Positions 25,828 through 37,799 of a stretch of DNA of 57,531 nt are shown piece after piece (position 1 is the stretch's first letter; every line of letters begins with the position of its first letter). The notes beneath the pieces were generated by a model. The model had not been told where the DNA came from and ran no database searches. It saw nothing but the letters and a program-made list of their open reading frames with translations. The stretch lies in the NCBI GenBank assembly GCA_003427395.1, contig BFEA01000027.1, positions 4,468,760 to 4,526,290 on the forward strand, read 5' to 3'. The stretch comes from Chara braunii. Its lineage: Eukaryota; Plantae; Charophyceae. The translations under genes and the position numbers were made by a program.

Positions 25828-25874
<47 letters not shown>

Positions 25875-28800
25875 TGAGAGAGAGAGAGAGAGAGAGACAA
25901 CGGCAGGGTCTTCCCCTCCTTAAGGCAGGGTGTTCCCCTCCTTAAGGCAGGGTGTTCCATGACCCCTCCCGCCTTTTTTTTGGGGGGGGGGCTTGCACAC
26001 TTTTTTTCTTCTTCTTCTTTTCTTTGTTTTTTTCTGCGCCGCATCAGGTGCAGTGCACAGTGCGGTGCACATGGTGTGCACTGAGGCGCGCACCTGAATG
26101 CACCGCAAGTATGGGAAGGAGCACTTGAGCGTGTGCAGTCGGGGATTAAAACAAAACCACCTTTACCGAAGGTGGCAAGTTTCTGAACATGAGTCATATG
26201 TGTTGCTACCGATTGGCATATGCAGCTCACCTGAGCTCGTTGATCTTGAGCAGATGTACATCCGAAGATGGTGCCCGATGTTAAACACCTGTGAAAGGCC
26301 GCCTAGACATTGACGAAAGAGGAAGCTAAGAAGGCGTAAGGGAAAGAACAAGCGATGGAGAGAATCACATGGGACCAAGGACCCAGGTGGATAGTCGACG
26401 TAGACAACTCTATGAATGTAAGCTCTGGATGGAGGAAGGTCGGCATATCCAGTTTGGCCATCTGCGTAGGTGGTATCCGAGAATTGAAGTAGACAAGAAG
26501 CTGTTGGTATCTGTGCTAAGAAATCCTAGTCGGGCTACACTCATGAACGGTTGTAGTTTGGAAGTTCTGGTCAGCCTGAACGGGGCAGCAAAAGACTTTC
26601 AGAAACAGACCATGATATCTTATCTTCGGAGACTTACCTCACGTACTATTTGAGGATGTCTACATTTGGCAGGTTAATGCTAATGTGACTGTTAAACGGA
26701 AGTTTGATGACAGAATTAGGTTGGTTGAGGTGAGGAAGTTAGTCAACGATAAATCGGAATGTATGGACTTCGGTCTTGTCTGAAGATGCTGGCGCGTAAT
26801 TCTGTCCGTATCGTTTGGGTCAAGAACCCATCAGTTGCGGATAGTTCACACAATCCACAAGCATTTGCTAAGGCTGAGGTGTCGACCTGCATATGTCCAG
26901 ATTCTCCTTATCCTCAGATAGGTGATCACGTACAGTTTCAATTACAAGATCTTGAGGGCATACATCCCATGATCTGGAATGCTAACAACATTCCCAAGCT
27001 GGCTCACCGCGACAGAAGGGGCCTGCTGGCGAAGGAAATTGCAGATGCTCTGAATGGATGGAGAAATTGGAAGGACCAGACAGTCACACAGTTGACAGGA
27101 GTGAAGTTGATACGTGTTTGACTGACAGATCGGAACTGAGGGAAAAGTACATTTTGGATGTACTTGAGGTCAGAAGTCTGCAAGTTAGATTGAAGAGATT
27201 TGTACTTAACACCTCTGGATCGAAACGTTGGTGAAACCTATGTTCTCTGTCCTTATGTGTACTATGACGCAACAATGCTGAGTATGTTTGTTCGTAATCC
27301 AGGAGCTAATTCGCCGGAGAAAGAATCGATGTTAGAGATGAGGAAGGAAGCGAAGGTGATTGACCTGCAGCAGTTTGTCATATGGGAAAGTAAAGTGGAC
27401 TATTAGTGATGCCTAAGCACAAGGACACTTCTAGGTATCATTCCATTTGTACGACCTTCTCGGAGCCTGCGGTAAGGACTGGACAGTGCGTGGCCAAGGC
27501 ATTAAACCACCGCCTTGCCGAGTGATTGGCATTTAACCTGAAATCATTTTTCAGTCTTTCAGATGCCGTACCACGTTTGCAGGCTATGAACAAGAAGAGT
27601 GATCGACGGACCAATGGGGCACGATACTGAACTTGTCTCTATGTCTTATGACATTAAAGACATGTTCAGTAAACTGCCTCATGATGACATCATAGAGGCA
27701 GTGGACTGGGTGGGTGGACTATCAGCTGAGCAAGGGAAGATCTGTACGAGTGAACCCAAGAGGTAGGGAAAATATGTGAGACTTGAACTCACACAAGTAC
27801 ACAAAAGCGACTGGGGTTCTGCTAAGGCAAGTGGTGAGAATCCCTACGGGAAAAAGTACAAGTCCCCCACTTGCGTGCATCACGTGTGCCTTTGCAGAAC
27901 ATCGGTTTTTGAAGAGCTTGGGTAAGTCATGTCAGCATGTGTTCGGTCTGAGGTTGATGGATGATGTTAGTGTTGTCGTTCCGAGTAGCCAAAGCAAGCA
28001 GCAACTAAGGGGGGATATTCAGAGATAATTTGAATGCTGCTATCCCGGGAACCTGTCTCTTAAATGTACTGATGATGGTTTGGGTGTCTGGGATTTCCTG
28101 GGGCTTGAAATGAGAGTGCAGTCGTGTTTTCCGTTTAATGGATGCATTCAGCAAACAGAGAACAAGAAGAAGATTTGGGAGGAGGGGATGTTGGAATTCA
28201 AGAACGGACAGGCCTATCAGTCTAGTGAGGATCAGAAGAGCCCTGTTGTTGCCAGCCACTTGCATCGTATCGACAAAAATACGACTATCCGCAGTCAAAT
28301 TCCTCTGAAAGCACTGACACTGATGAGGGAATTGCAGATCAAAGGCTTTCCTATGCCGTTTCTGAGCAGGACTTCGAAACGCTTTGCAAGAGGCAGAGAC
28401 AAGATATGGACCACGATCTGGGTGTGGTTGTATGAGTAGTTTTTTTGGATTTCTTTGGATTTTTTAGGTGTTCTTCGACCGATGGAACTGTATCATGGAT
28501 GAGTTTGCACACATCTTCTTGTTTGTTTCGTCTGACTTAGCATGATGCCAACATGCTCTACATTGACGTACATGAGAGGCGAATACAGGATTTGCAGGGA
28601 CAGGATGTAGACCACACGATGTAACCATGTTATGCAGCGACAGGGTAGGTATGCTGTTTGTCCAGCACCCTGCCTGGTTTCGATCTGTCACAGATCTGAG
28701 ATAATGTCCTGTTTTTCACTTACGGGCTTTGTCTATCTGAGTCTTGAACTGTCGCGGAGTTGTACAGTGCCTGGCTCGCACTCACTGTTTTTGGGTTTAA

Positions 28801-29198
28801 TGCTCCTCGGAATAGTAGGATAGTTGCCAGGTTTCTAACCGGTGTGCAGATAAGTTCTGGCTTGTTTGATACGCATTTAACGGCGCGAAGAGTACCTGGA
28901 CCGATGGGCCCAAGAACCGGTATTATTTTTGGTCCTGGACTCGGATTTAGTTGATTTTCTTGACTACGAGTATGAGATTCAAACTCGGTCGCTAGGCCTG
29001 TCTTGTGGAATCCCCCCGATGATGACCGCGTGGCGGCGGTCAAAACCAGTTGGGGTAGTCATTACCCAAAGTCGGCTTTGCAATCGTTCAAGTCGAAAAT
29101 CATTCATTGCTTTGTAACTTGTGTACTATGATCGGCTTGATTACTTGTGGTGTCCGTCACTTTGTAAGTCGGATCCAACCTATCAGATAGCGATAACC
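23113..29198 (+). mobile_element. Penelope-like retroelement, Chlamys-type (N-terminal SAP and GIY-YIG, then RT), degenerate
   Basis: ~145-bp direct pseudo-LTRs at 23113-23261 and 29044-29198. SAP-like LTVDELKSV/CKDEGVAWEGKKMETVLAI (~24800-24885). GIY-YIG C-terminal half KEH...HLY...LEQMYIRRWCPMLNT (26100-26290). RT motifs MPKHKD, SYDIKDMFSKLPHD, IPTGKSTSPPLA, LRLMDDV, WDFLG and ELQIKGFP (27400-28400). Hammerhead remnant at the 3' repeat. Confidence 0.85.
29012..29055 (+). ncRNA. Degenerate minimal hammerhead at the Penelope-like element's 3' pseudo-LTR
   Basis: CCCC-CCGATGA-T-GACCGC(gtggcg)GCGGTC-AAAA-CCAGTT-GGGG. A sister copy at 33107-33153 retains GCGGTC-GAAACCGGTT-GGGG. Confidence 0.65.
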
Positions 29199-29449
29199 TA
29201 GATGAACTCCGGACAGAAGGTGCAATTCAATCTACCAGCAGGAACTCTCTGAGCTTAGGTGTTGAATCCTCGGGCAATGAAATTCTTATCACCGTAACTC
29301 CTGTCACTAGCAAGGACTTCCTGAATTTTCTGGACAGTTATCTCACTGCTATAAATCACTATTATAGCGTATATGCTGATATTCACTACTCTTTTCACCA
29401 CTACTTTTTTCTCCTCTGAAACTCTGCACGACAGAGTCAGAGATCCTTG

Positions 29450-29547
<98 letters not shown>

Positions 29548-30387
29548 NNNNNNNNNNNNNNNNNNNNNNNNNNNNNNNNNNNNNNNNNNNNNNNNNNNNN
29601 ACACACACACACACACACACACATACACACACACACACACACACACAAACACAAACGCACGTGCACAGCTCCCCTGCATGCACCCCCCCAGGTGATTCTT
29701 CTCTGCCACCAAAACCCTGCACAACTGTGTGGATAAATGATTCATTACGTTCACAAGCACGTGATCCAAACAGAATCAATCAATCAACCTGCAAGACTGT
29801 CGTAGAGGGTCCATTATTGGCCAAATCAAGCATGCACGAGCAGGATGGAGCCTGCCAACTGCAGCCATAGGCATAGGCATAGGCTCAAACAGGATTTATA
29901 TTTCCTTTGTTTTCCTCGTTTCACTATCCACAGACAAGATCCCTTTGCAGGATTCTAAACAAGCAGAAGCCAACGAGTTATCACCAGCATACCAAAATCC
30001 CAGGTGACTGATAGCAGATAGCAGCGACAAAAACGTTAGATGCTCACGAGATGCCCAGCACAGCAATGACATATATTCACTAGATGCCCTGCCTGCACAG
30101 CAGCAGGATTATGCACCATGGCTACTTAGGGTCCACTATTTCAGTTTCCGTCTTTGTTAGCGGCCCCACAGTTTCAGTCACTGTTAGTGGGCCCACAGTT
30201 TCAGCCAATGTAGTGAGCTTACAGTGCCAGTTTCAGTCACTGTAGTCAGTCTAGTGGCACCACAGTTTCAGTCAAAGTAGAGAGCCCACTGTGGTGGGCC
30301 CAGAGTTTCAGTCCTGAAACGGCGCACAGCGCACACACCACATGCATCTCCAGAGTTAAATGGCTTACCTCAGTACAATGCCAGCTA

Positions 30388-30504
30388 CTGTCTTCCCCCG
30401 AATAGAACGTATGGTCATTATAGAGCCGTATTTGGCTCACCTTTCAGTCCAGATGCAGCGAAAATGACCTTACCAGCGTACCCCTTCTATTTGGGGGGAG
30501 AAGG
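30388..30504. mobile_element. Second copy of the Tc1/mariner-type MITE
   Basis: TA|CTGTCTTCCCCCGAATAGA...TCTATTTGGGGGGAGAAGG|TA, with an interior similar to 20530-20634. Confidence 0.7.
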
Positions 30505-30874
30505 TAATGCCACGCCCACATGTGTGAAGAATAGTTGAAACTTGAAACAGGCCGGAACATGAGGCAAACGAGAGTGATTAGGTAAGCAAGTTAAAGAGAC
30601 CCAAAAATAAACGAAAAGATATTTTCAAAATGCAAAACCTCAAGCCCGCCCATGTGGCTCAATGATACACACATGTAACTGTCCATAAACAGATAATAAC
30701 GAGTTTGAATGCTCGCAAGAATGTGCCAGTTAATACGGCGCTGCATATAGGCTTGGCCGACTGACCAAGAAGGTTGGCAGAGCCCGGTAGGCCCTTGCTC
30801 ATGACGAAGTGGTACTTTAGGGGCACACAAGCTCGAGCATCCTTCTGGATACTTCCGGTTCAAAGGACAACAAA

Positions 30875-30944
<70 letters not shown>

Positions 30945-31664
30945 AAACACCAATGCCAGGAGACACCCGCATGAGGTTACTGGCGATTGTCCACACGGGC
31001 ACCACTGGGTCTGCTGAGACGGCAAGCCCAAACGAGCCTCCAAATAGACGCAAATGATTAGGTAAAAGAGGAGAGGGGAGGAGGGGAGGAAACATTCGAG
31101 AGTCTACATGGCAAATGCAATAAGAGTCCTGATGCATTTGGTCTTGATGCATTTGGCATCAAGACTCAGTACCAGAAGACACAAGCAGACACTTGTATGC
31201 GGTTACTGCCCAGCAGATGCAAGAATACGGGGAGGTAAATCCTTCAAAAACGAATACTCCCGGTCGGCCGGTGGTATAATGGTTTGCCGGAGAGAACTGT
31301 GGCTAAACAGGTCAAGAGCGTTAGCACTGCCACACACAAGCTACCCACTTCAGGAACAGCGACCGAAAAATAAAACAAAATGAAAAAATGAAAAACGACA
31401 ACAAACTTCAGAGGAAGAAAACTAAAATGAGTGGCTTTTTGCGAAACAACAATCAGATGATCAAGATCAGTCTGGGATAAGGGTAGGGTCCACCAACAGT
31501 GGCAGGGGGTCCACCTGCGCCTTTCAGGGGTCCCCACCCACACATGGAGTTTTCTAGGTTTCGAGACATCGCAATAGCTCGTGACACTGACACCAGAGCT
31601 TAGGTGGAAACGTTTCCTGTAGATTAATCCTTACCTCACAGTTTAATCATCTTTATTTCTTTTT

Positions 31665-32233
31665 AATTTGAACCATTTCTTAACTTATGCATGTCATCCT
31701 TGTCCGGGGGCCATGCTACTCTTTTCTGTCAGTCCTAAAACACGAATAATCATGTTCTCGAGGTGATCCTTCTCGAAGGGATCCTCGGCCACAACAGAAG
31801 GGAGCGCCTATGGGGCCTTGCTATTCTTCTCTGTACAGTTCCAATTTTAACAGTCAATCCTCCTAAGTCATAGTAATCATGTCACCGAGGGGATTCTTCA
31901 GCAGAACAGAAGGAAGCGCCTATGCATGCGCCCAGACACATTCCCTCAACTTACGCATGTCATCCTTGTCCGGGGGCTTCTCTGTCAGTCCTAAAACACG
32001 AATAATCAAGTTCTCGAGGGGATCCTTCTCGAAGGGATCCTCGGCCACAACAGACGGGAGCACCTATGGGGCCTTGCTATTCTTCTCTATACAGTTCCAA
32101 TTTTAACAGTCAATCCTCCTAAGTCATAGTAATCATGTCGCCGAGGGGATTCTTCACCAGAACAGAGGGGAGCGCCTATGCATGCGCCCAGACACATCCC
32201 CTCAACTTACGCATGTCATCCTTGTCCGGGGGC
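31665..32233 (-). repeat. Tandem repeat (~256-266 bp unit) of U6 snRNA fragments alternating with a non-U6 module
   Basis: Units start at 31682, 31948 and 32204 (the last runs into a gap). They contain TTAAAATTGGAAC..ACAGAGAAGAATAGCAAGGCCCC and GCCCCCGGACAAGGATGACATGC; only the terminal unit carries the U6 3' end AAATGGTTCAAATT plus A-tail. Confidence 0.85.
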
Positions 32234-32695
32234 NNNNNNNNNNNNNNNNNNNNNNNNNNNNNNNNNNNNNNNNNNNNNNNNNNNNNNNNCACCCACCCCC
32301 ACCAGCACACACACAAACACACATGCACACGTGCACATGAGTTGCCAGTGAAATGGGAACCGGACTGGCATTGCCCAGAAAGACAAATGAAGTCGAACAA
32401 GGAGAAGCAGGAGTAGCAGTAGGAGGAGGAGCAAGAGGAGGAGGGCAAGCTCCAGCAGAGACACAGACGTCAGCTCGATGTCATACCAACCCGTTATGAG
32501 ACACAGCGGCGCCTCATCTTTGATGTGCGAAGCGCAAGGAAGCAGATAAATAAAATTTAATAAATGCATTAAGAGTTAAAAAGACTGAAGCAAGAAAAGA
32601 AAGCAAAGAGTAGCAAAACTGAAGGTCATATTTGAGGAGCTGAGACAGGGGGGGGGGGGGGGGGGGGGGAATAATCCATCGTAACAGAAACTTAC

Positions 32696-33043
32696 ATGTG
32701 GTAGTCCTTGATTGTCAGATTAGTCCATCTCCACGCCCACACATCTGGTCCCTCCCATGCATGGCCAACTGCTGCCAAAATCGCATCTCCATACACATTA
32801 CAGCCACTGAGCCAGCTTGCTCGCACATTTTTGCAAAGCATACCCCCTCCCTCGGCCAACTTTATGTCTCCGCCCTCTTCTTTGCCTTCGCCCATGGGCA
32901 CACAGCCCATTACATCTTCTTTTTCCTTGTCATCGGTTCCCCCCTTCTCATCATTACCTGTTTGTCCTGCGGATCGACATACAGATGGTATCGCAGGGAG
33001 AGCCGTGTAGAGCCGCATGTTCAAGGCCGACTTGCCGACAGTC
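32696..33043 (-). CDS. HEN1: HEN1 exon
   Basis: TVGKSALNMRLY...KNVRASWLSGCNVYGDAILAAVGHAW...LTIKDYH matches HEN1 FGKAS..ECRLY...RNARASYICGQDIHGDAILASVGYRW...VTVNSFY. Acceptor tttgcag|G, donor AT|gtaagt. 348 nt, phase 2 to 2, in frame with both neighbours. Confidence 0.93.
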
Positions 33044-33106
33044 CTGCAAACCCAACCCCACACAGATACAGCAACAACATTGAGAATTTGAGTCCATAAA
33101 CAACCC

Positions 33107-33153
33107 ATCCCCTGCGGAGAATTGTGTGGCGGCGGTCGAAACCGGTTGGGGGT
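33107..33153 (+). ncRNA. Degenerate hammerhead remnant related to 29012-29055
   Basis: ATCCCCTGCGGAGAATTGTGTGGCGGCGGTCGAAACCGGTTGGGGGTA. The GAAA and palindromic stem III are intact; the CUGANGA side has decayed. Confidence 0.5.
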
Positions 33154-33201
33154 ACATCTCTGATTATACTGTGGTGATGCTTTGTAATGACGTTCAGAGT
33201 G

Positions 33202-33358
33202 AGTGAATGGCATACCCATGACCTGTTGATATATGGACCTGAGTTCAAATCCCGATGCATCAGACGAATGAAACAACTTCGAATTAACTGGGGCTGGTCA
33301 GTTCGATGACCATACCTCAAGGCTTTCACCCGTCAAAAAAAAAAAAAAAAAAAAAAAA
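33202..33358 (+). mobile_element. Short poly(A) retroposon (SINE-like)
   Basis: B-box GAGTTCAAATCC, 24-nt poly(A), flanking GTTCAGAGTG / GTTCAGTGTG as a possible TSD. Confidence 0.45.
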
Positions 33359-33437
33359 GTTCAGTGTGGTTACAGTGCTGCTCCTGTTTCGCACGTGTAG
33401 GCTACTCACAATTGCATTGACTGTTTTGCTAGAGTAA

Positions 33438-33574
33438 GAGTATACTCACACTAGGCCCTCAAAATTGCAAAATTGCAAAACGAGCGGTCAGATGGAGTAG
33501 TACCTTGACAAGGACTCAATCTAGCCGCTCATTTTTCGATTTCGCAATTTTGAGGGCCTCGTGTGAGTATGCCC
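33438..33574. mobile_element. PIF/Harbinger (Tourist-like) foldback MITE
   Basis: TAA TSD on both sides; TIR GAGTATACTCACAC / GTGTGAGTATGCCC. The whole element is an imperfect palindrome. A related remnant follows at 33578-33690. Confidence 0.8.
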
Positions 33575-34399
33575 TAATCACACTCGCACTTTCCTCAGTG
33601 CATCTGGTCGCAATTACATCCATACCTGAATGCATCTGACTGTAATCACGTCCAGTGCTGTGTGCAGAAAGTCCTAGTGTGAGTACTGCCTAATTCACAC
33701 CACATCAGAGTCTAACAATATATACATATATATATACAAACAGAGCTGCCCGGTAAACCGTAGGCAGAGAGGGAGAAGAGGACAACAAACGAGGGGCTGT
33801 GGCAAACTGTAAAAAACAAACAAAGGAAACAGAAAAATAGCAATTCATTTTTAATCTTCTTCCTTACAACTCCCCCTGTTCAGAACCTCTTGCGTACAAG
33901 GCCGCCCACGTGGATGTAGGTTGAGCGGCGGCTGCCCCCACCTCCGTGTGTCATATCGACCCACTTGCACACAGCCGAAAGGCAAAGAGGCAAAGAAAAG
34001 AGGAAGGAAACAGCCCAAACAAAACAGAACAGGGGGCTGCAAAGCAAATACTAAATGACAATCCTAGATGACAAGTCCCACATGCAAACACCGCCCCCAG
34101 CAACTACAGGCCAAAGGACGGAACAAGACCAGCCAGGATGCCATACCAAAAAAAAGGACTCGGATGACCAGTCCCACATGAAAGCACCGCTACCAGGATC
34201 AACCAGGCAACATCCCAAATAGCCGAACAACGGGACAAAACCAACCGGGACGTAGACAAGGCAAAAAAAGCTCCGATCCACAGTGTGACAACCAAAAAAA
34301 AAGGAAGAGAAGGCAATCCCGGATGACGATCCCACATACAAGCACCGCCCAGCGCTCAAAAGGCCGAACAACGGGAAACAACCAACCAGGATATATATC

Positions 34400-34885
34400 A
34401 TCAAACAAAGCTGCCTGGTAAACCGTAGGCAGAGAAGGAGAAGACGACAACAAACGAGGGACTGTGACAAACTGTTTCGTCAGAGTTTCACAGACTCGTC
34501 AGGAGGCCGAACCCTATACATATCTCCAAACAGAGCTGCCCGGTAAACCGTAGGCAGAGAGGGAGAAGAGGACAACAAACAAGGGGCTGTGACAAACTGT
34601 TTTGTCGGAGCTTCACCAACTCATCAGGAGGCTGAACCCTATATATTGTCAAATACAGCTGACCGGTAAACTGTAGGCAGAGAGGGAGAAGAGGACAACA
34701 AACAAGTGGCTGTGACAGACTTTCGTCGGAGTTTCACCGACTCATCAGGAGGCTGAATTTACATCAAACAGAACTGCCCCGTAAACAGTCGGAAGAGAGG
34801 GAGAAGAGGACAACAAACAAGGGGCTGTGACAAGCTGTTTCATCGGAGTTTTTCACCGACTCGTCAGGAGGCTGAACCCTAGCTA
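34400..34885 (-). repeat. Tandem array of four ~120-125 bp units, each with a hammerhead-like core of the same family as 213-264
   Basis: Minus-strand cores at ~34473-34520, 34598-34645, 34719-34763 and 34835-34885 follow the consensus AGG-GTTCAG-CCTC-CTGAYGA-GTCGG-TGAAACT-CCGAC-GAAACA, with individual mutations. A partial unit lies at 33737-33810. Confidence 0.8.
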
Positions 34886-35249
34886 CGAGCTAAAAGACCG
34901 CACTTTGTGAAAGAAAGGATAAACAAAAAAAAAAACAAGGGCACATTGAAACCATTCAATTTCTCATTCTTTTTTTAACCCCCCTACACTGTGCCTCTCA
35001 CATACAAGGCTCGCCACGCTGATGAAGTTGAGTGTGAGCTGCCCCCATCCCCATGTGCCATAACAGCCCACTTGTATGCTGTGAGAAAGAGGCAGAGTGA
35101 AGGGGGAGGGGATAAACACAAGGAAGAGAGATGGAGAGAAGACACACAAAGAATGATAAAGTGAAAGTAAGGGAAAGTATGGAGTGTGAAGTGAAGATGA
35201 AGGCAAACGAGGATAAGAAAAGGCTCAAGAATGAGTCTGTCCTTGACGA

Positions 35250-36158
35250 CAGAGAGGGACATACATTGTAAGGATGAGGTGGATGAACACATGGAAGACG
35301 TAGCTGAGCTTTCTCAGTACAACAATTGCCACGACGGCTGGCATTGAGCATGCCCACTGTACACCATCGACAAATGGCATGTCAATTGCAGGCCACAATG
35401 AAGGAAGAACGGTCACCACAAAAGACACGCATTCAGTATAGCGCCCATGGCCGCAAAGTGGGCATAATAGTGTCTGGATGCGGAGGGTGCCTGCAGTCAG
35501 GAACGGAGGGACAGTCCTCTGCACACATGGATGCAGAAACCATGTCATTGTAGTGATTGTGACAGAGACGATGGCAGCTACAGCCGAGTGAAACAGTGTT
35601 TCTAGCCATACAAAGGAGAAGGTCGCAGAGTGTCGGTACATTGTCTTGCTGCAGCACAGGGCCAGAGGAATGATCTTCCACATAAAAGAGATTGTGGACG
35701 GTTTGCTGTGGCAAGGAAACAACATCATTATGTAAGAAATCAGTGACATCAGTCATGGCATGGACCATGGTACCGTTGTCCCACAGCTCCCAGCGGTCAG
35801 AGGCATGTACAATGGCCATGTAATGGCCAGGTCCGTGCGCAATGCAGCCAGAGATATGGGATGGAGGATTAAACCACTCACCTGCTCGAGCATTGCGTAG
35901 TTCAAGTTGACGGTCCCTCATTGCTACTTGCAGGACAGCAATGCAATAATTACAATCCTCTGGCTGTAGTTGGGGAAGATCAGCATCAAGCTGAAGGGCG
36001 ATTGCAAGGAAGTCTGACGGTGTATAAAACGGGCGGTGGAGAATGTGAAGACAGATATTAGTTGCCGTCAGGCCACAGAGATTGGTGAAGTTCTCAGGCT
36101 GGTGTACTGGATGCTGGCCAACAATTTGCAGATCACCCAGATGGTGTTGCAACCCCAA
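35250..36158 (-). pseudogene. Josephin-like cysteine protease (Ataxin-3/JOSD family) followed by two RING-like Cys/His repeats; probably mobile-element cargo
   Basis: HQ...LCGLTATN..L...FYTPSDFLAIALQLD...NYCIAVLQVAM..RQLEL...GCIAHGPGHYMAIV....WELWDN follows the Josephin pattern, with triad C28/H112/D127 and His-to-Asp spacing of 15 as in ataxin-3. Downstream in frame are two Cys/His clusters each ending C-x-HPPHP, with two TGA stops. Confidence 0.7.
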
Positions 36159-37799
36159 ACTGTCTTAGGTTGCTTGCCGGTCAGTCATTTGCAGATCACC
36201 CATGTGGTCTGCGCGTGGCGGGGCAGAAATTTGCAGTCCATCCGAGCAATGCTGAAAAATAAATAAAAACTAAACTGTTTCTTAATCAACAATGAATCCA
36301 CAATTAAGGAATAATCAAGGGGCTGGCACAATACTTCCCACCCCTCTCAGCAGATTTCCTGCCGCTGGCATGGCAGGTGCTATACCAAGCTTTCCTCCTG
36401 GACACTATGTTCCGTTTGCTCATGCTCACACGTCGAACCGCCAGGCATCTGCTTCTCATCATGTCGATTGGCATGCACACCTGCAGTGGAATACAAACTT
36501 GTATTCTGCAGGAGGAGGGTGGCGCAAGAAAGAATTTTGTCATCTTAACAATGTTGTGCAGGCAGAGCGATAACTGAGTACGCTGTAAGTGAGAATCCAC
36601 ACCTTAAGTCCCGATTGTGGTTAAGCATCAATGACTGCCCGACAACTGATACCCTGAGGTGGGCACCAACCACTGCCCTCAAGGTACCTGTGACGAAAAT
36701 CAAAGCAGTAGGCTATCATTCACCCACACCAGCTGGAAAACTGTACAGACTGTCGGTTCACACCCCATCACAAGCCCGCAAAACACCCGCGAAACAAAGA
36801 AAGGTCTGTCACACCGAAAAAATATGTATCGGCACTGCAAGTCCAGTCCCGCTCTACGGAGAGGACATGCCACGTGTGCGCTGTGTGTTCTGGATTCACT
36901 ACAAAGAACTCCCCAAAAGGGAGCCTGAGACAGACTGTTTCACCAGATTTTCACCAGGAGGTCAAAACTCGACAGTCTGCTCCAGATGTGTTTGACTGAT
37001 AGATAAGGACTCGTCACACTGCGCACAAAAAGAAGATTCTGGCGCGGACCTCCTTTTGGCCAGTGCCACCAGCCATTTCGTTCAAGAAGCCGACCCCCAA
37101 ACGTGGCAGTGTGCATGCAGCCGCATCAGAGAAGACTGGCTGGGGAACATACTGGTGGTTTAAGCGCCAGATTCCTACACGCCCATCTGGCTGAAAGCCG
37201 CATCTGCACATTGTTAAAAAAAAAAGGGAGGCAAGCAGGAAAGAACCCACCGACACGTGACAACAACGGTCGCAAATGAGTGCTGTGACCAACTAAGAGC
37301 ATCCCAAAACAAAGGCCTGACCGTCCATCCTACCATACTTACATATAACCACCAATGCTTCCANNNNNNNNNNNNNNNNNNNNNNNNNNNNNNNNNNNNN
37401 NNNNNNNNNNNNNNNNNNNNNNNNNNNNNNNNNNNNNNNNNNNNNNNNNNNNNNNNNNNNNNNNNNNNNNNNNNNNNNNNNNNNNNNNNNACACACACAC
37501 GCACACACACAAAAAGAAAAAAAAGGGGGCAGGAAACTCGCCCTCGAGAGTCTCATTTTCAACAGTGCCCACCGGTTTCATTTGACCGGTGGGCATCAGG
37601 ACCTGATCCGGTATTCCGGGACACGGACAATAAGTGTGGTCAGAATTCCCATGTTGCCCCACATTTGCTTGGATGCCTCTACACGAGGACATGGGCGATA
37701 TCTGGTTGTGGCGGGGATTTTTCATGTCAACTACCGACCGCTTGCCTCTACATGAAAACATGGGCGTGGTGCCGGGGATTTCCGGGGATTTCCGGGGAT

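Noticed and set aside
34400-34885. CRISPR array (also considered for 37800-37975, 51600-51760 and 10362-10433)
   Set aside because: Whole units are homologous with no unique spacers, there are no cas genes, and the context is eukaryotic.
35370-35435. In-frame TGA codons as selenocysteine (as in Naiad PLEs)
   Set aside because: They do not fall at predicted Cys ligand positions, and CGA-to-TGA decay is a simpler explanation.
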